Source: Candidatus Hydrogenedentota bacterium (GTDB lineage Bacteria; Hydrogenedentota; Hydrogenedentia; Hydrogenedentales; SLHB01). Taken from it: 64,000 nt of DNA. The stretch is taken from NCBI GenBank assembly GCA_963668025.2, contig CAXXTH010000006.1:32001-96000 (forward strand), read 5' to 3'. The notes beneath the pieces were generated by a model. The model saw only the letters and a program-made list of their open reading frames with translations. It did not search any database and was not told the DNA's origin. How positions within the stretch are numbered: the stretch's first letter is position 1; each line of letters opens with the position of its first letter. Positions 38,270 to 49,758 of this stretch are shown here, piece after piece. The position numbers and the translations under genes were made by a program.

Positions 38270-39022
38270 TTACTTGCAGAATGTGCGTCCGCCGTCTACA
38301 TACAAGGACTGCCCAGTAATATACGACGCTTGGTCCGATAATAAGAAGATGGTTGCATGGGCGATGTCTTCCGGCTGCCCGAGGCGGCGCAGCGGCACAT
38401 CGGCGGCGAGGGTTTTGCGTTTCTCCGGATCCGGATGGCGTCCGCGCAATAGTTCTGTTTCGATCAAGGAAGGATGGACAATATTGCATCGCACGCCTTG
38501 GGGGCCGAATGCTTTGCAGATAGCCCGGTTCAATCCCTCGAGCCCGGCCTTTGCGCTCACATAATCGGCCCGCCCGCCGCCGCCCGCGACAATGGCCGCC
38601 GAACCGATGAGGACAATCGCGCCGCCTTCGGGCAGCATATGCGGCAGCGCCGCGTGGATCGCGTAGAAGGCCCCATTCAGGTTGATATCGATATTGCGCC
38701 GCCATTCTTCGGGATTCAGGTCCAGGAAAGAAACGGGTGAGGTGAATCCCGCGCTGTATACAAGATGATCAATGCCGCCCCATTGCGCCGCCACTTCATC
38801 CATGAAGGCTTTGATGCCCGAGGCGTCCGTGCAGTCGCCCGTACGGAAAATGGTGGCGGCGCCCAAGGCGGCCAGGGCTTCTTCCTGTTCCGCGCAAGGG
38901 TGCAGGTCCACCCAAGCGATCCGTGCGCCTGCTTGTGCGGCAAGCTGGCCGATGGATGCGCCAATTCCCCGTGAACCGCCAATGATAACGATACGTTTAT
39001 CTTTCAAATCGGTCGTAAGCAT
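38270..39022 (-). CDS. Short-chain dehydrogenase/reductase
   Basis: GGSRGIG; YVSAK; PLRRLGQPEDIA; YITGQSLYVDGG. Confidence 0.93.
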   Translation of the reverse strand: MLTTDLKDKRIVIIGGSRGIGASIGQLAAQAGARIAWVDLHPCAEQEEALAALGAATIFRTGDCTDASGIKAFMDEVAAQWGGIDHLVYSAGFTSPVSFLDLNPEEWRRNIDINLNGAFYAIHAALPHMLPEGGAIVLIGSAAIVAGGGGRADYVSAKAGLEGLNRAICKAFGPQGVRCNIVHPSLIETELLRGRHPDPEKRKTLAADVPLRRLGQPEDIAHATIFLLSDQASYITGQSLYVDGGRTFCK

Positions 39023-39106
39023 CTTTTTCTCCCGTAGTAAACCATCACTCAAACCAAGGCCCCATGCGCTGCATGGGGCCCTATGGACTGCTTGTTTTTC
39101 AGAAGC

Positions 39107-40177
39107 TCAACCCCAGCCGCCGAGGAGGTGCAGCCGTCCGGGGCAATCACCTCTCTTTATTGCTTCACCATCTTCTGGCACATGCACCGGGAACTTCGAG
39201 CCGAAACGTACAAACTCGACATGGCCGTCCACATAAAGGACATTGCTGCCGCCGGGCACATGGTTGTAGTAAATGACGGAGGTATCACCAGCTCGATTCT
39301 CATTGCTGGACCAGGCATCCCACATGACGGGCAACTGGCTCTGGGCGACGCTGCCGGATGCGGGATTGTTGATATCCGTGATGAAGAACCGCTCGACGCC
39401 TTCCCGAAGCCGGTGGTACGCGGAAGGAAGCGGGAGGCCCCCTTCATCCGCCTTGGTGCGGGGCTGGTAGCCGCCGATGGTGAGTTCAGTCGTGATGTCT
39501 TTTTCGCCGAGGTAAGGAATCAAAGTGATAAACGCCCATGTCGAAGGGCAGCCTACTTTATCCACAATGCTGCCTGCGCCACCCATCCACACGGTCTCCA
39601 TCCATGGATAGTCATCGTCATTGGTTGCGTTATACAAATACAACCATCCCTCTTCCACCCACGTGATGTCAATCAATTGTGTCATCGTCTGCACCGCCCA
39701 AGGCATGTACAGGTAGGAAGTGGGATTGGATAGCAGCGTCATTTGACAGGCCTTGGCGGCCTCAGCGTCCACGCCAGTTTTAACGTCACGAACCGCGCCA
39801 GCGAGATCCTCCGGCATGGCAAGCATGCTGGGATTGTTAAAACCCATCGTATTGGTGCCGTTTCCACGCGGATCGGATGGGCACAACACGATGCTGGCAT
39901 CGTTCCAATAATCGGGGAACAGTTCATGCGCGCCAATGCCCATCTGGGTGAACCACCCACTGTTGCAATAGAGCTGTTTGGGGGGGAATAACCCCGATTT
40001 GTTTTCGCCCGCATACATCTTGAAGATGATGCCGAACTGCTTTAGATTGCTCGCGCAACTGGCCCGCCGCGCCGCTTCACGCGCCCGCGCCAAGGCGGGC
40101 AACAAAATGGCGGCTAGAATGGCGATGATGGCGATAACAACCAACAACTCGATGAGGGTGAATCCTCGTTTATGCAT
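39107..40177 (-). CDS. Prepilin-type N-terminal cleavage/methylation, DUF1559-like protein (copy 1)
   Basis: [43 protein letters not shown]; C-terminal [18 protein letters not shown]. Confidence 0.93.
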   Translation of the reverse strand: MHKRGFTLIELLVVIAIIAILAAILLPALARAREAARRASCASNLKQFGIIFKMYAGENKSGLFPPKQLYCNSGWFTQMGIGAHELFPDYWNDASIVLCPSDPRGNGTNTMGFNNPSMLAMPEDLAGAVRDVKTGVDAEAAKACQMTLLSNPTSYLYMPWAVQTMTQLIDITWVEEGWLYLYNATNDDDYPWMETVWMGGAGSIVDKVGCPSTWAFITLIPYLGEKDITTELTIGGYQPRTKADEGGLPLPSAYHRLREGVERFFITDINNPASGSVAQSQLPVMWDAWSSNENRAGDTSVIYYNHVPGGSNVLYVDGHVEFVRFGSKFPVHVPEDGEAIKRGDCPGRLHLLGGWG

Positions 40178-40223
40178 AGCCACACACCCCTTTATGGTTG
40201 GTAAATGCCAATAGTTCAGAGGA

Positions 40224-41297
40224 TCAACCCCACCCACCTAAGTAGAATAACCGTGCGGGGCAATGGCCAGAGGTTACGGCTGCTCCATCATCCGGGATAT
40301 GCACGGGGAATTTCGCGCCAAAGCGCACAAACTCGACATGGCCGTCTACATAGAGGACATTGCTGCCGCCGGGTACATGATTGTAATAAATAACCGCAGT
40401 ATCATTAGCGGTGTTCCCCGACCAAGCATCCCACATCACCGGCAATTGGCTTTGAGCAGTGCTGCCCGACGCGGGATTGTTGATATCCGTGATGAAGAAA
40501 CGCTCGACGCCTTCACGCAACCGGTAGTAAGAGGAAGGAAGCGGTTGTTTATCTTCATCCGCCGTGGAGCGGTTGCCATAGCCACCCGTTGTGATCGTTT
40601 TTGAAGAGATGTCTTCTTCACCTAGATACGGCATCGTGGTGATTCCCCACCATGTCGAGGGACAGCCCACTTGATCAACGATTTTACCAGCGCCGCCCTC
40701 CCAGTAGGTTGCCAAAAACGGATATGCTTCCCCCGTTACTATTTTATAAACGGCTGCCCACTGGGTTTCCAAATTCATGATGTCACATAATTGAGTCATT
40801 GTTTGAATCGCCCAGGGCGTATAGAGATAGGAAGTGGGATTAGATAACAACGCCATTTGACAGGCTTTGGCGGCATCGGCATTCACGCCCGTTTTTACGT
40901 CACGAATCGCTCCAGGGAGATCTTCTGGTATGGCAAGATAGCCTACATTGCCCGTGCCAAACCCCATGGGATTGTTGCCGAGTCCGCGCGGATCGGATGG
41001 ACACAACACGATATTGGCGTCATTCCAATAATCCGGGTACAGCTCATGTGCGCCAATGCCCATCGAAGTGAACCATCCCATGTTGGTGTAGAGTTGCTTG
41101 GGTGGGAAAAGCCCAGATTTGTTCTCGCCCGCATACATCTTAAAGATGATGCCGAACTGCTTTAGGTTGCTCGCGCAACTGGCCCGGCGGGCCGCTTCAC
41201 GCGCCCGCGCCAAGGCGGGCAAGAGGATGGCGGCTAGAATGGCAATGATGGCGATAACTACGAGCAACTCGATTAGTGTAAATCCTCTCTTGTGCAT
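40224..41297 (-). CDS. Prepilin-type DUF1559-like protein (copy 2)
   Basis: Same N- and C-terminal motifs as copy 1. Confidence 0.93.
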   Translation of the reverse strand: MHKRGFTLIELLVVIAIIAILAAILLPALARAREAARRASCASNLKQFGIIFKMYAGENKSGLFPPKQLYTNMGWFTSMGIGAHELYPDYWNDANIVLCPSDPRGLGNNPMGFGTGNVGYLAIPEDLPGAIRDVKTGVNADAAKACQMALLSNPTSYLYTPWAIQTMTQLCDIMNLETQWAAVYKIVTGEAYPFLATYWEGGAGKIVDQVGCPSTWWGITTMPYLGEEDISSKTITTGGYGNRSTADEDKQPLPSSYYRLREGVERFFITDINNPASGSTAQSQLPVMWDAWSGNTANDTAVIYYNHVPGGSNVLYVDGHVEFVRFGAKFPVHIPDDGAAVTSGHCPARLFYLGGWG

Positions 41298-41344
41298 AGC
41301 CACACACTCCTTCATGGTTGATTGCGTGCCAATAGTTCAGAGGA

Positions 41345-42422
41345 TCAACTCCACCCGCCGAAAAGGATCAACCGCCCGGGAACATCACCACCCGTTACGC
41401 CCGCACCGTCTTTCGGCACATGTACGGGAAATTTCGCGCCAAAGCGCACAAACTCGACATGGCCGTCCACATAGAGGACATTGCTGCCGCCGGGTACGTG
41501 ATTGTAGTAAACAATTCCGGTATCGCCAGTGACGTTCGCATTGCCGGACCATGCATCCCACATCACCGGCAACTGGCTCTGGGCGACGCTGCCCGATGCG
41601 GGGTTGTTGATATCCGTGATAAAGAATCGTTCGACGCCTTCACGAAGCCGGTAGTAAGAGGAAGGAAGCGGTTGTCCGCCCTCATCCGCTGTAGTGCGGT
41701 TCTTATAGCCGCCCAGCTTAAGCTCTTCGTTTGTGACATCCTTTTCGCCTAAATAAGGCATTTCCCAGATAGTGGGCCATGTCGAAGGGCAGCCCACTTG
41801 ATCGAGAATGCTGCCAGCTCCACCTGTGCAAACGGCGTTCAGAGGATAGGCTTCACCATTAATCTTCGTATAAATACCTGCCCATTGAGCTTCCACCCAC
41901 ATGATATCCGTCAATTGCGTCATGGTTTGAACCGCCCAAGGCATATAAAGATAAGAGGTTGGACTGGATAGTAATGTCATTTGGCAGGCCTTGCCAACCA
42001 CAGGATCTAAATTCGTTTTGACGTTGCGCACCGCCGCGCCAATATCTTCCGGTATGGTAAAATATTCAGGTTTCATGCCTGATCCAGCTAGAGGGAGATT
42101 TCCGATGGCGCGCGGATCAGAGGGGCACAAGATGATACTGGCATCATTCCAATAATCTGGGAACAGCTTGTGTGCGCCGATACCCATTGGAGTCAGCCAA
42201 CCGACCTGAGCATACATCTGTTTGGGGGGGGAAGTATCCCTCTTTGTTCTCGCCCGCATACATCTTAAAGATGATGCCGAACTGCTTTAGGTTGCTCGCG
42301 CAACTGGCCCGGCGGGCCGCTTCACGCGCCCGCGCCAAGGCGGGTAAGAGGATGGCGGCTAGAATAGCAATGATGGCGATAACGACGAGCAACTCAATTA
42401 GTGTAAATCCTCTCTTGTGCAT
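41345..42422 (-). pseudogene. Prepilin-type DUF1559-like protein (copy 3), +1 frameshift in a G8 run
   Basis: N-terminus in ORF 42144-42437 and body in ORF 41345-42259; G8 at 42224-42231 versus in-frame G7 at 39980-39986 in copy 1. Confidence 0.85.
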
Positions 42423-42782
42423 GGCCAAGTCTCCCAAATTAAATGGCTGAATTCCAATACTCCCTCACCTAAACTCTCTCACACATATATGAAGATGATG
42501 CCACATGGGCTTCGCGCACCCTCCGCGTACCGCCCGTGTTTACTCATTCTTGCTCTATCGTACTCATTTCTGCATGTTTTGTCAAGGGCCAAAAAGGAAG
42601 GGAGCCCTCCGCGCTCACGGATAAAGAGGGCTGGATGACGCCGTTGAAGGAAAGTGCATTTAAAGGAAATTCAACATGTTAAGCAGGTTGTAAGCGGCTT
42701 TGTTCTCTCCGGGGCGGGCAAATAAGGGCATAGCTTCTTGCCATCTTTTATTTATTTCGATGACTTTTTTGTACTCAAGCGG

Positions 42783-42811
42783 TTGACAACAGTGCATGGA
42801 CGTGCTATATT
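42783..42811 (+). promoter_or_regulatory. sigma70 promoter of the aminotransferase gene
   Basis: TTGACA -17 bp- TATATT with an extended -10 TG. Confidence 0.7.
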
Positions 42812-42891
42812 TTATCTAAATCGCGCATGAATGCGCGCCGCACAGGGAGCTGATCAAGCGGAAGCAGCCAATAATAGGAGCGACTTATATA

Positions 42892-44280
42892 ATGGACCCA
42901 TTAATCGAGAAGATCTACTCAATGACACCGGAACAGCAAGCCGAATGTGGAAAGCATGTCATGCTCGGCGGAGGAACGCCAGGGCCTATGCTTGTGCGAG
43001 GCAAGGGCATTCGTGTTGAGGATATCCACGGCAAGCAGTATATTGACTGCACCTCCCAAAGCTGGGCGATGTACCTTGGTTTCTGCAATCCCGAGATCTC
43101 GGGCGCTATTCGGGATCATGAAGGGGCTTATCTGAACCGGGTGCATCAAGCGTTCCACACGCTGCCGCGCCATTATTTGTCCAAGCAGATTTCCGATATT
43201 TGCCCGAAGGGTTTCACGCGCGTCTCCTATACCGTTGGCGGCGGCCCGGCCATCGAAGCGGCCATGAAGATCGCCCTGCTCAACCGCCCTGGCGCGCAAG
43301 TTTTTGTAAGCCAGTATGACAGCTACCATGGCACGACGCTTTCGGCCATGAGCCTTTCCTGGCACTCGACCCGCGCCAATGGCAAATATGTGGGAGGCTC
43401 GCATTTCTTGCCGCTTCTCCACGACACCGCGCGGTTCCCGAATCCCTATCTGCTGCGCCTGCCTATTCCCGGAAAGCATGAGAAGCCGGATGTGGCATGC
43501 GCGGATATGCTGCGTGTAACCCTCGAGCGCGGCGTGAATGGCCCGCCAGCGGCGGTCATTGTCGAGCCGATCCAGGCCAGCGCCGGGCAGATTCCCGCCA
43601 CGAAGGCGTATTTGCAACGCGTACGCGAGATTTGTGATGAATTCGGGGCCTTGTTGATTTTCGATGAGATTCAAACATTGTGCCGCATTGGCCGCTGGAC
43701 CGCCGCCGAACACTTCGGCGTCAATCCCGATATCATCGTCTTCGGAAAAGGCCTTGGCGGTGGGCTTCCCTTGGCGTGCATCGTTATCCGCGACGGGCTC
43801 GAAGGCTTTGGCATGGATGTGCAGGAACTGCATACATTCGGCAGTTCGACGCTCTCGCATATCGCGAGCGCCAAGATGTTTGAGATTATCCAGCGCGACA
43901 ACATCCTCGAAAACGTGCGCACGGTCGGTGATTACATCGGGGCGCAAGTCGAGTCGATGCGCGCCGAGTTCCCCGAGATCGCCGAAGTGCGCCAGATCGG
44001 ATTCCATATCGGCATCGAATTCGCCAAGCCGGACGAGGCGCTTACGCCGATGGCCGCCGAGACCGTGGCGATCCGCGACGCGGGCATTGAACGGGGATGT
44101 ATCTTCGGATTGGGCGGCGTGCGCAAGCAGGTGTTGAAGATTAAGCCTGCTCTCATCTGCACGAAAGAAGAAGCGGACACGATACTGGATGTCTTCTACG
44201 AGTCCATGACCGCCGTTTTGCGTAAAGGGCAGCGGGCGAATGGCAAACGCAAAGCCGCATCCGTGGGAGCCGCGGTCTGA
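42892..44280 (+). CDS. Class III PLP-dependent aminotransferase
   Basis: DIHGKQYID; SYHGTT; VIVEPIQ; LLIFDEIQT; PDIIVFGKGLGGG; HTFG. Confidence 0.93.
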   Translation: MDPLIEKIYSMTPEQQAECGKHVMLGGGTPGPMLVRGKGIRVEDIHGKQYIDCTSQSWAMYLGFCNPEISGAIRDHEGAYLNRVHQAFHTLPRHYLSKQISDICPKGFTRVSYTVGGGPAIEAAMKIALLNRPGAQVFVSQYDSYHGTTLSAMSLSWHSTRANGKYVGGSHFLPLLHDTARFPNPYLLRLPIPGKHEKPDVACADMLRVTLERGVNGPPAAVIVEPIQASAGQIPATKAYLQRVREICDEFGALLIFDEIQTLCRIGRWTAAEHFGVNPDIIVFGKGLGGGLPLACIVIRDGLEGFGMDVQELHTFGSSTLSHIASAKMFEIIQRDNILENVRTVGDYIGAQVESMRAEFPEIAEVRQIGFHIGIEFAKPDEALTPMAAETVAIRDAGIERGCIFGLGGVRKQVLKIKPALICTKEEADTILDVFYESMTAVLRKGQRANGKRKAASVGAAV

Positions 44281-44406
44281 CATCAGAAAGTAAAAACAAG
44301 CTAGAACAACTAGCGGCCCCGGCAACATGATGAGAATAAGGAATGCCCGGAACATTCCGACAGCCAATCTTGCCGGCGCCTTCTCCCGAACGTGGGAAAC
44401 AGAAGT

Positions 44407-44445
44407 ATGAACGGCGGGCCCTGCATAGGGCCCGCCGTTCATTTT
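44407..44445 (+). terminator. Rho-independent terminator
   Basis: Perfect stem ATGAACGGCGGGCCCT/AGGGCCCGCCGTTCAT followed by TTT. Confidence 0.85.
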
Positions 44446-44954
44446 AGCATCCTTATTTGATAGGTTAGGCTGGCGTTGGTTGTTAACAGGCCCAGGCCTC
44501 GAATCATGTCAATCATGTTCAAAAAAAAGCTGCTATTTCTTCAGCCGGCTAAAGATAGGTGCTAAGGGGGAGCTCGCTCAAGCGAGCTGACCGGAAGCAA
44601 ATGAACCGCAAAGCAAATAAGATGATACTATAGCGGACTGAAGCAGGAGCAATTTTTGTAACACTTCGGCCGACTGAAGTAGCATTTTATATTTGGCAGT
44701 CTTGTTTATTCCCTTTCGCCGGTATTGATACCTCATTTTTCACCACTTGGCTATAGTGTTACAAAAAATCTTGTTTCATCTTGAAAATCATGTCTAGAAA
44801 AATTCCTCCATCAGAGGTGGCACTATGTATTCGCGATTCAAAAATCGTCCCAATGTTTTTACTTCAAATTGCTAAAGTGTTACGATATTTCTGTCTATTA
44901 CTATTAGCAAGAGCGGCGGATCGGCGCACTTAGCTTGCCGAGGACATGTAAACG

Positions 44955-45179
44955 ATGAAGCGTGCCCTGATTCAACCCAGCATCTGCCAAAACTGCGTTT
45001 CATGCGGCGCGGAAGCCAACTGCCCGATGCGTGCGGTATTCCGGGAATCGCGGAATGAACGCCCGTGGGTGGATTTTTACCGTTGCTCTGGATGCCTCAA
45101 ATGCAAGGTTTTTTGTCCAAACCATGCGATTGGAGAAATAGCCCATCCCTGTGATGGTAAAGGGCGAATGGGCTGGTAA
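44955..45179 (+). CDS. Small 4Fe-4S dicluster-like ferredoxin
   Basis: CQNCVSC..CP and CSGCLKCKVFCPNHAI; RBS GAGGA. Confidence 0.8.
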   Translation: MKRALIQPSICQNCVSCGAEANCPMRAVFRESRNERPWVDFYRCSGCLKCKVFCPNHAIGEIAHPCDGKGRMGW

Positions 45180-45203
45180 TTCCATCATCGGACAGGAGCA
45201 AAA

Positions 45204-45380
45204 ATGATCACGGTTGTACTTTCCGAGGAAGACCTCATACGCCTGGAGGTCATCGATATGGACCGCGATGAGCAAGAAGCTCTCGCATTTCTCCGGGAGC
45301 GTATTTTACCGGAGATCAAGCGCCAGAAGAGGGGCAAGATGCAGAACCATCTTGACGGTGGGAAAGGCTCTGCTTTCTGA
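45204..45380 (+). CDS. 58-aa hypothetical protein (below the ORF-track cutoff)
   Basis: RBS AGGAG; MITVVLSEEDLIRLEVIDMDRDEQEALAFLRERILPEIKRQKRGKMQNHLDGGKGSAF. Confidence 0.65.
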   Translation: MITVVLSEEDLIRLEVIDMDRDEQEALAFLRERILPEIKRQKRGKMQNHLDGGKGSAF

Positions 45381-45621
45381 AGCCGCGTTCATACAAGAAG
45401 CTGGTAACAGAGGCAACGAACGAGCTCGGTGAATTCGCTCCAGTACAGGGATTCATCATGAATCCTATTTCACGCAAAGCCGCCAAGCACGCGAGGTTTT
45501 TTGAAAACTAACGGCAGGAATGCCTGCGTACCTCCTATATCCGAGTGGTGAAACTGCGGCCATTACGCCCACACGCTGGTCCAACTCTTTACATGGCGTT
45601 TTGCTTGGGGTTTGCTCATCA

Positions 45622-45692
45622 CATGGGCGAGACGCCCATGCTACGGGAGTTAAAAACGCTGAGTAAAATTTATTGGCGTTCATTCGCGGTTA
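45622..45692. repeat. Partial composite REP-like repeat (copy 3)
   Basis: CATGGGCGAGACGCCCATGCTACGGGAGT...GCGTTCATTCGCGGT. Confidence 0.7.
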
Positions 45693-45734
45693 GAAAGGGC
45701 AGGCCGTTTGGTTTCGGTCATGCCGCGCGGCGTA

Positions 45735-48341
45735 TTACTTGCTTTTGTGGTCTAGCATCAGCCGGATTCGGCGCAATAGAGTTTCGGGGCCGAACGGTTT
45801 TTGGATCGTTTGGATATTTGTTTTTTTCAGTAAGGAGTCAGCTAATGCGCTGGTGCTGTGGGCGCTGCTGAAGAGCACAGGTAGATGCGGCATCTTTGCT
45901 TGGATATGTTCACACACGACAGTGCCGTGCCGTTTGGGCATGGTGACGTCCAGAAGCGCCAAGTCGATTTCTGCCGAATGTTTCTCGAACGCATTCAGGG
46001 CTTCTTCACCGTCTGTGGCTAATAACACCCGGTATCCCGCATTTTGCAATACCTGCACGATGACTCGCTGGACAATGTCATCATCTTCCGCGACCAGAAT
46101 GGTTTCAGAACCGCCCACGGCGGGCGCATCGCATACCAAGCAGTCCATTTCCAGGCAAAGCTGCGTCACGGCCGGCAGATAGATCCGAAAGGTAGCGCCC
46201 TCGCCCAAGAAGCTTTCAAAGTCGATGACGCCATTGTGTTGTTTGACAATTCCATAGACCGTTGAAAGGCCCAGCCCCGTGCCTTTCCCCATTTCCTTCG
46301 TGGTGAAAAAGGGCTCGAACACCCGCTCTTTTATTTCCGGGGCCATGCCTGCGCCGTTATCAGATATGGTGCAGAGGAGGTATTCTCCCGCGGAGGCGTT
46401 TGGATAGCTCTCACAAAACTGGGCATCCGCAACGAACTTGCTCGTGGAAACGATGATGATTCCACCCCGGGGCATTGCATCGCGCGCATTGACACACAAA
46501 TTGATCAGCACCTGCGTGAGCTGCCCCGCATCCGCATGCACCAGCGGTATGTCTTCAGCGAGGTCTAATCTAAGCTCCACGTGTTCGCCAATGAGCCGGG
46601 ACAGCATTTTCGCGAACTCAATGATGATATCATTCACATCGAGATCATGCGGTTCGGTGGCTTGCTGGCGGCTGAACATGAGAAGCTGGCGCGTGAGCGC
46701 CGTAGCGCGGTCTGAGGCTTTTAGAATGTTGGCCAGATAAGAATGCCGGGTATCATTCGGGTCCGTTTTTTCTTGGGCTAATGCGGCATAGCCTTGGATC
46801 CCTTGCAACAGGTTGTTAAAATCATGGGCCACGCCGCTGGCAAGCTGGCCGACGGCTTCCATTTTTTCGGATTGGCGCAACCGTTGTTCCAATGTCGTCT
46901 CGAGTGTGACATCGCGTTGAACCGAGACATAATTGATGATGTGTCCCGATGCGTCCCGCACCGGAGATATGGAGCCTTTCTGCTCAAACAATGTGCCGTC
47001 TTTGCGCCGGTTGGTTCTACTTCCTGTCCAGATTTCCCCGGAGGATACAACGGACATGATGCTGGCGTTGAGGGCGTCATCATGCATGCTGGCATGTAAT
47101 ATTTCTGGGGTTTTTCCGAGCACTTCTTCGGCGGTGTAGCCGCTTAAACTTTCGAAGGCGGGATTCACGTATTCGATCACGCCAGCCGCATTGGTGATCA
47201 AGATAGCTTCGCCAGTTTGCTCGATGGCGGTTACGAGCTTGTTGCACTCTTCTTGCACCGCTATGCGCTCTAATATCTCGCGTTCCATTTTGTGATTCAA
47301 TGCGGTCAATTGCGCCGTGCGCTCTTGGACCATATCTTCGAGGCGGTCTCGATACCGGGCTAATTCTTCCTCCGCCTGCTTGCGTTCCGTAATATCGCGC
47401 GTAATGGCGATGACGCCGGTGACTTCGCCGGACATATCAAGAAGCGCGGAACTGCGCTGTTCCAGCATATGGAGCTGTCCAGAGGCGTCTTGATAGCGGT
47501 ATTCGATAGCGCTTGTCTTTCGGGATTCTAAAAGATGGATGCGATCTTCCAGGAAATGGGGTAGATCCTCCGGCACAATGCCGGCTTCCCAGGAGCTCCC
47601 CTCTGCAATAAAATGCCCGGTGGGGCAGCCGGTGATTTGTTCCACTGCGGGATTGGCGCTGAGTATGCGGCCCCTTGGATCGAAGACTAAGATGGCGTCT
47701 ACCGCATTCTCCGTCACAAGCCGGTAATGGTCTTCGCTGTCCCGGACGCGCTCATGCAATAAATGCGTTGCAAACAGGCGGGCTGCGCGTTCGGCGATGA
47801 GTGCCATGACATGTTCGGTGTCTAGAGAAAAAAAGTCCGGCTCACTATGGGTCAAATTGAGCACGCCAATCACTTTTTTATCCACGCATAATGGAAAACA
47901 GAGCATGGAGCGAACGCAAACCTTGCTGTTAGCATGCAGTATAAAGCCTTCATGCTGGCTGGAGTCGCTGATTCGAATGGGGGAGTTGGATAGCGCCGCT
48001 TTGCCGACGACGCCTTCTCCGAGGCGGAACCGCGGCCCATGCCACATGCCTGGCTCGAAGGTGCGGCCGTGCGTGTCGAAAGGGCTGCATGCGCCGCGCA
48101 GTTCGAGAAACTCGCCCGTCTCATCCAAGAGCATGAGGGAGCAGTTCTCCGCGGCAAGCCCCAAGGCAATCGTTTCGAGGATTCCCCGTGTAATATGGTC
48201 AATGCTTTTCCGGGGATCATCCAGTTCATTCATTTGGCGGAGTATGGACAGCGCCTGCACTAAACGTTCATAGCGCAACGTCATATGGCGCAGCGCTTCG
48301 GAATAGGCATGGGTGCTGGATATATCGCCTCCGGTAATCAT
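45735..48341 (-). CDS. Hybrid sensor histidine kinase (GAF-PAS-PAS-HK-REC)
   Basis: GEGVVG (GAF); two PAS/PAC domains ending RDITER and RDVT; VAHDFNNLL; [14 protein letters not shown]; receiver LLDVTMP. Confidence 0.95.
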   Translation of the reverse strand: MITGGDISSTHAYSEALRHMTLRYERLVQALSILRQMNELDDPRKSIDHITRGILETIALGLAAENCSLMLLDETGEFLELRGACSPFDTHGRTFEPGMWHGPRFRLGEGVVGKAALSNSPIRISDSSQHEGFILHANSKVCVRSMLCFPLCVDKKVIGVLNLTHSEPDFFSLDTEHVMALIAERAARLFATHLLHERVRDSEDHYRLVTENAVDAILVFDPRGRILSANPAVEQITGCPTGHFIAEGSSWEAGIVPEDLPHFLEDRIHLLESRKTSAIEYRYQDASGQLHMLEQRSSALLDMSGEVTGVIAITRDITERKQAEEELARYRDRLEDMVQERTAQLTALNHKMEREILERIAVQEECNKLVTAIEQTGEAILITNAAGVIEYVNPAFESLSGYTAEEVLGKTPEILHASMHDDALNASIMSVVSSGEIWTGSRTNRRKDGTLFEQKGSISPVRDASGHIINYVSVQRDVTLETTLEQRLRQSEKMEAVGQLASGVAHDFNNLLQGIQGYAALAQEKTDPNDTRHSYLANILKASDRATALTRQLLMFSRQQATEPHDLDVNDIIIEFAKMLSRLIGEHVELRLDLAEDIPLVHADAGQLTQVLINLCVNARDAMPRGGIIIVSTSKFVADAQFCESYPNASAGEYLLCTISDNGAGMAPEIKERVFEPFFTTKEMGKGTGLGLSTVYGIVKQHNGVIDFESFLGEGATFRIYLPAVTQLCLEMDCLVCDAPAVGGSETILVAEDDDIVQRVIVQVLQNAGYRVLLATDGEEALNAFEKHSAEIDLALLDVTMPKRHGTVVCEHIQAKMPHLPVLFSSAHSTSALADSLLKKTNIQTIQKPFGPETLLRRIRLMLDHKSK

Positions 48342-48357
48342 CTGGATGATATTACCC

Positions 48358-49281
48358 CTAATGTATTACAGAGATAAAATCTCTCGCTTCTCCGCGCAGC
48401 TCATCAAGCTGCACCCGTACATGCTTTACATCGGTCCGTGTAATCCCCAGCGTATCAAGCAATGCTTTTCCTATCAAAGGAGCCCGCCAATCCCCCGCCC
48501 GGCCAAATCCTGCTTCCCGGGACATTTCCGCGGCCAGCGCGACAATGGCCACTTCTTTTTGGTAAAGGCCCCTGTAATGATCGGCTCGATAGACATTCTG
48601 TATCATATCCGTTATGGATTGTGGAAACCGCCATTTCTCGGCAATCCATCCTCCCACATCCGCATGCGTGATTCCAAGATGCTCCATTTCTATGTTTTTC
48701 AGCATGCAGGTGAACGTTTCCGCTTCGGCGGCCATATGGCGGTATTGTTTTGGCAAGGTCAGCGCCATCACATATTTGCCGATATCATGCAATAGGCCGC
48801 CTGTAAAGCATAATTCCGGATGGGTGGTTTTGCAGTACTCATTGCTGATGATATGCGCGGCTTTCGCCGCCCCTAATGCATGCATCCAGAAGTCTTCGGG
48901 GTCTAGAGCGAACTGCTGCAGTTCTGAGAAGCTTTTGAACACCGAAGCCGCCAATGCGAGATGGCTTACTGCGTCAAATCCGAGCACGACCACCGCCCGT
49001 TGAATCGTGTCCACCTCGTTGCGAAGCCCATAGAATGCGGAGTTGGCCAGCCGCAATACCCGTGCGGAGATTGCGTGGTCCTGTTCCAGGAGCGTAGTGA
49101 GATCCGCGGCGGATGAATACTCATCTTCTACTGCTTCGAGTATTTTGATGACAACCTGGGGCAGAGTAGGCAGGTCACGAATTGTCAGAAGACCTGTAAA
49201 AATATGCTGCTCATCAATAGCCAAAATGTCGCTTCCTCGGAAATTTATCCCCAAGCATGGAAGGTTTTCCCCTTCACGCAC
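48358..49281 (-). CDS. HDOD domain protein
   Basis: LPTLP; ANSAFYG; FWMHAL; GLLHDIGK; HADVG...W.FP. Confidence 0.92.
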   Translation of the reverse strand: MREGENLPCLGINFRGSDILAIDEQHIFTGLLTIRDLPTLPQVVIKILEAVEDEYSSAADLTTLLEQDHAISARVLRLANSAFYGLRNEVDTIQRAVVVLGFDAVSHLALAASVFKSFSELQQFALDPEDFWMHALGAAKAAHIISNEYCKTTHPELCFTGGLLHDIGKYVMALTLPKQYRHMAAEAETFTCMLKNIEMEHLGITHADVGGWIAEKWRFPQSITDMIQNVYRADHYRGLYQKEVAIVALAAEMSREAGFGRAGDWRAPLIGKALLDTLGITRTDVKHVRVQLDELRGEARDFISVIH

Positions 49282-49758
49282 AATTATTATATCACAAATT
49301 CGGCTTAAAGATAGCAGAGAAATTTACGCAAATATTATTTTATTTTATTGAATATCGTATTTTAAATAAACATTCAGCCCTAAAACCCACCCTTGATCTC
49401 TGGATGATAATTGACAATGATATCGCGGCGTATTTTTCATTCTCAAGTTCTTGGATGTTTCACAGAAGCGGCATGGAGAAAGTGCTTTCTTGTATGGGTA
49501 AAAGCGTGAGCGATCACGTTTTGTACCGCATGCAATTCTTTCTTTGCACCCAAACACCGGTAGAAATCGCGGCACCCTTGGCATATGCGTGGATATTCGA
49601 GCAGCAAAGTGGCCTTTTGTTCAGCTCGATATTGGCTAAACTGGCATTGGGCTTGTCATCCGAGATGAAGTCCATGGGGCATGGACGGCGGATTCATCAT
49701 GAGAACGCGCCATTGCGCCAATCCCATGGGCGCAATGGCTTAGTTTCGCGTGAAAATC

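Noticed and set aside
42919-44442. 507-aa minus-strand ORF
   Set aside because: Antisense shadow of the aminotransferase with no motifs; common in GC-rich DNA
44555-44620. c-di-GMP-I riboswitch
   Set aside because: Only a hairpin and GCAAAGC are present; the GGCAAAC/GNRA-receptor architecture is not convincingly there
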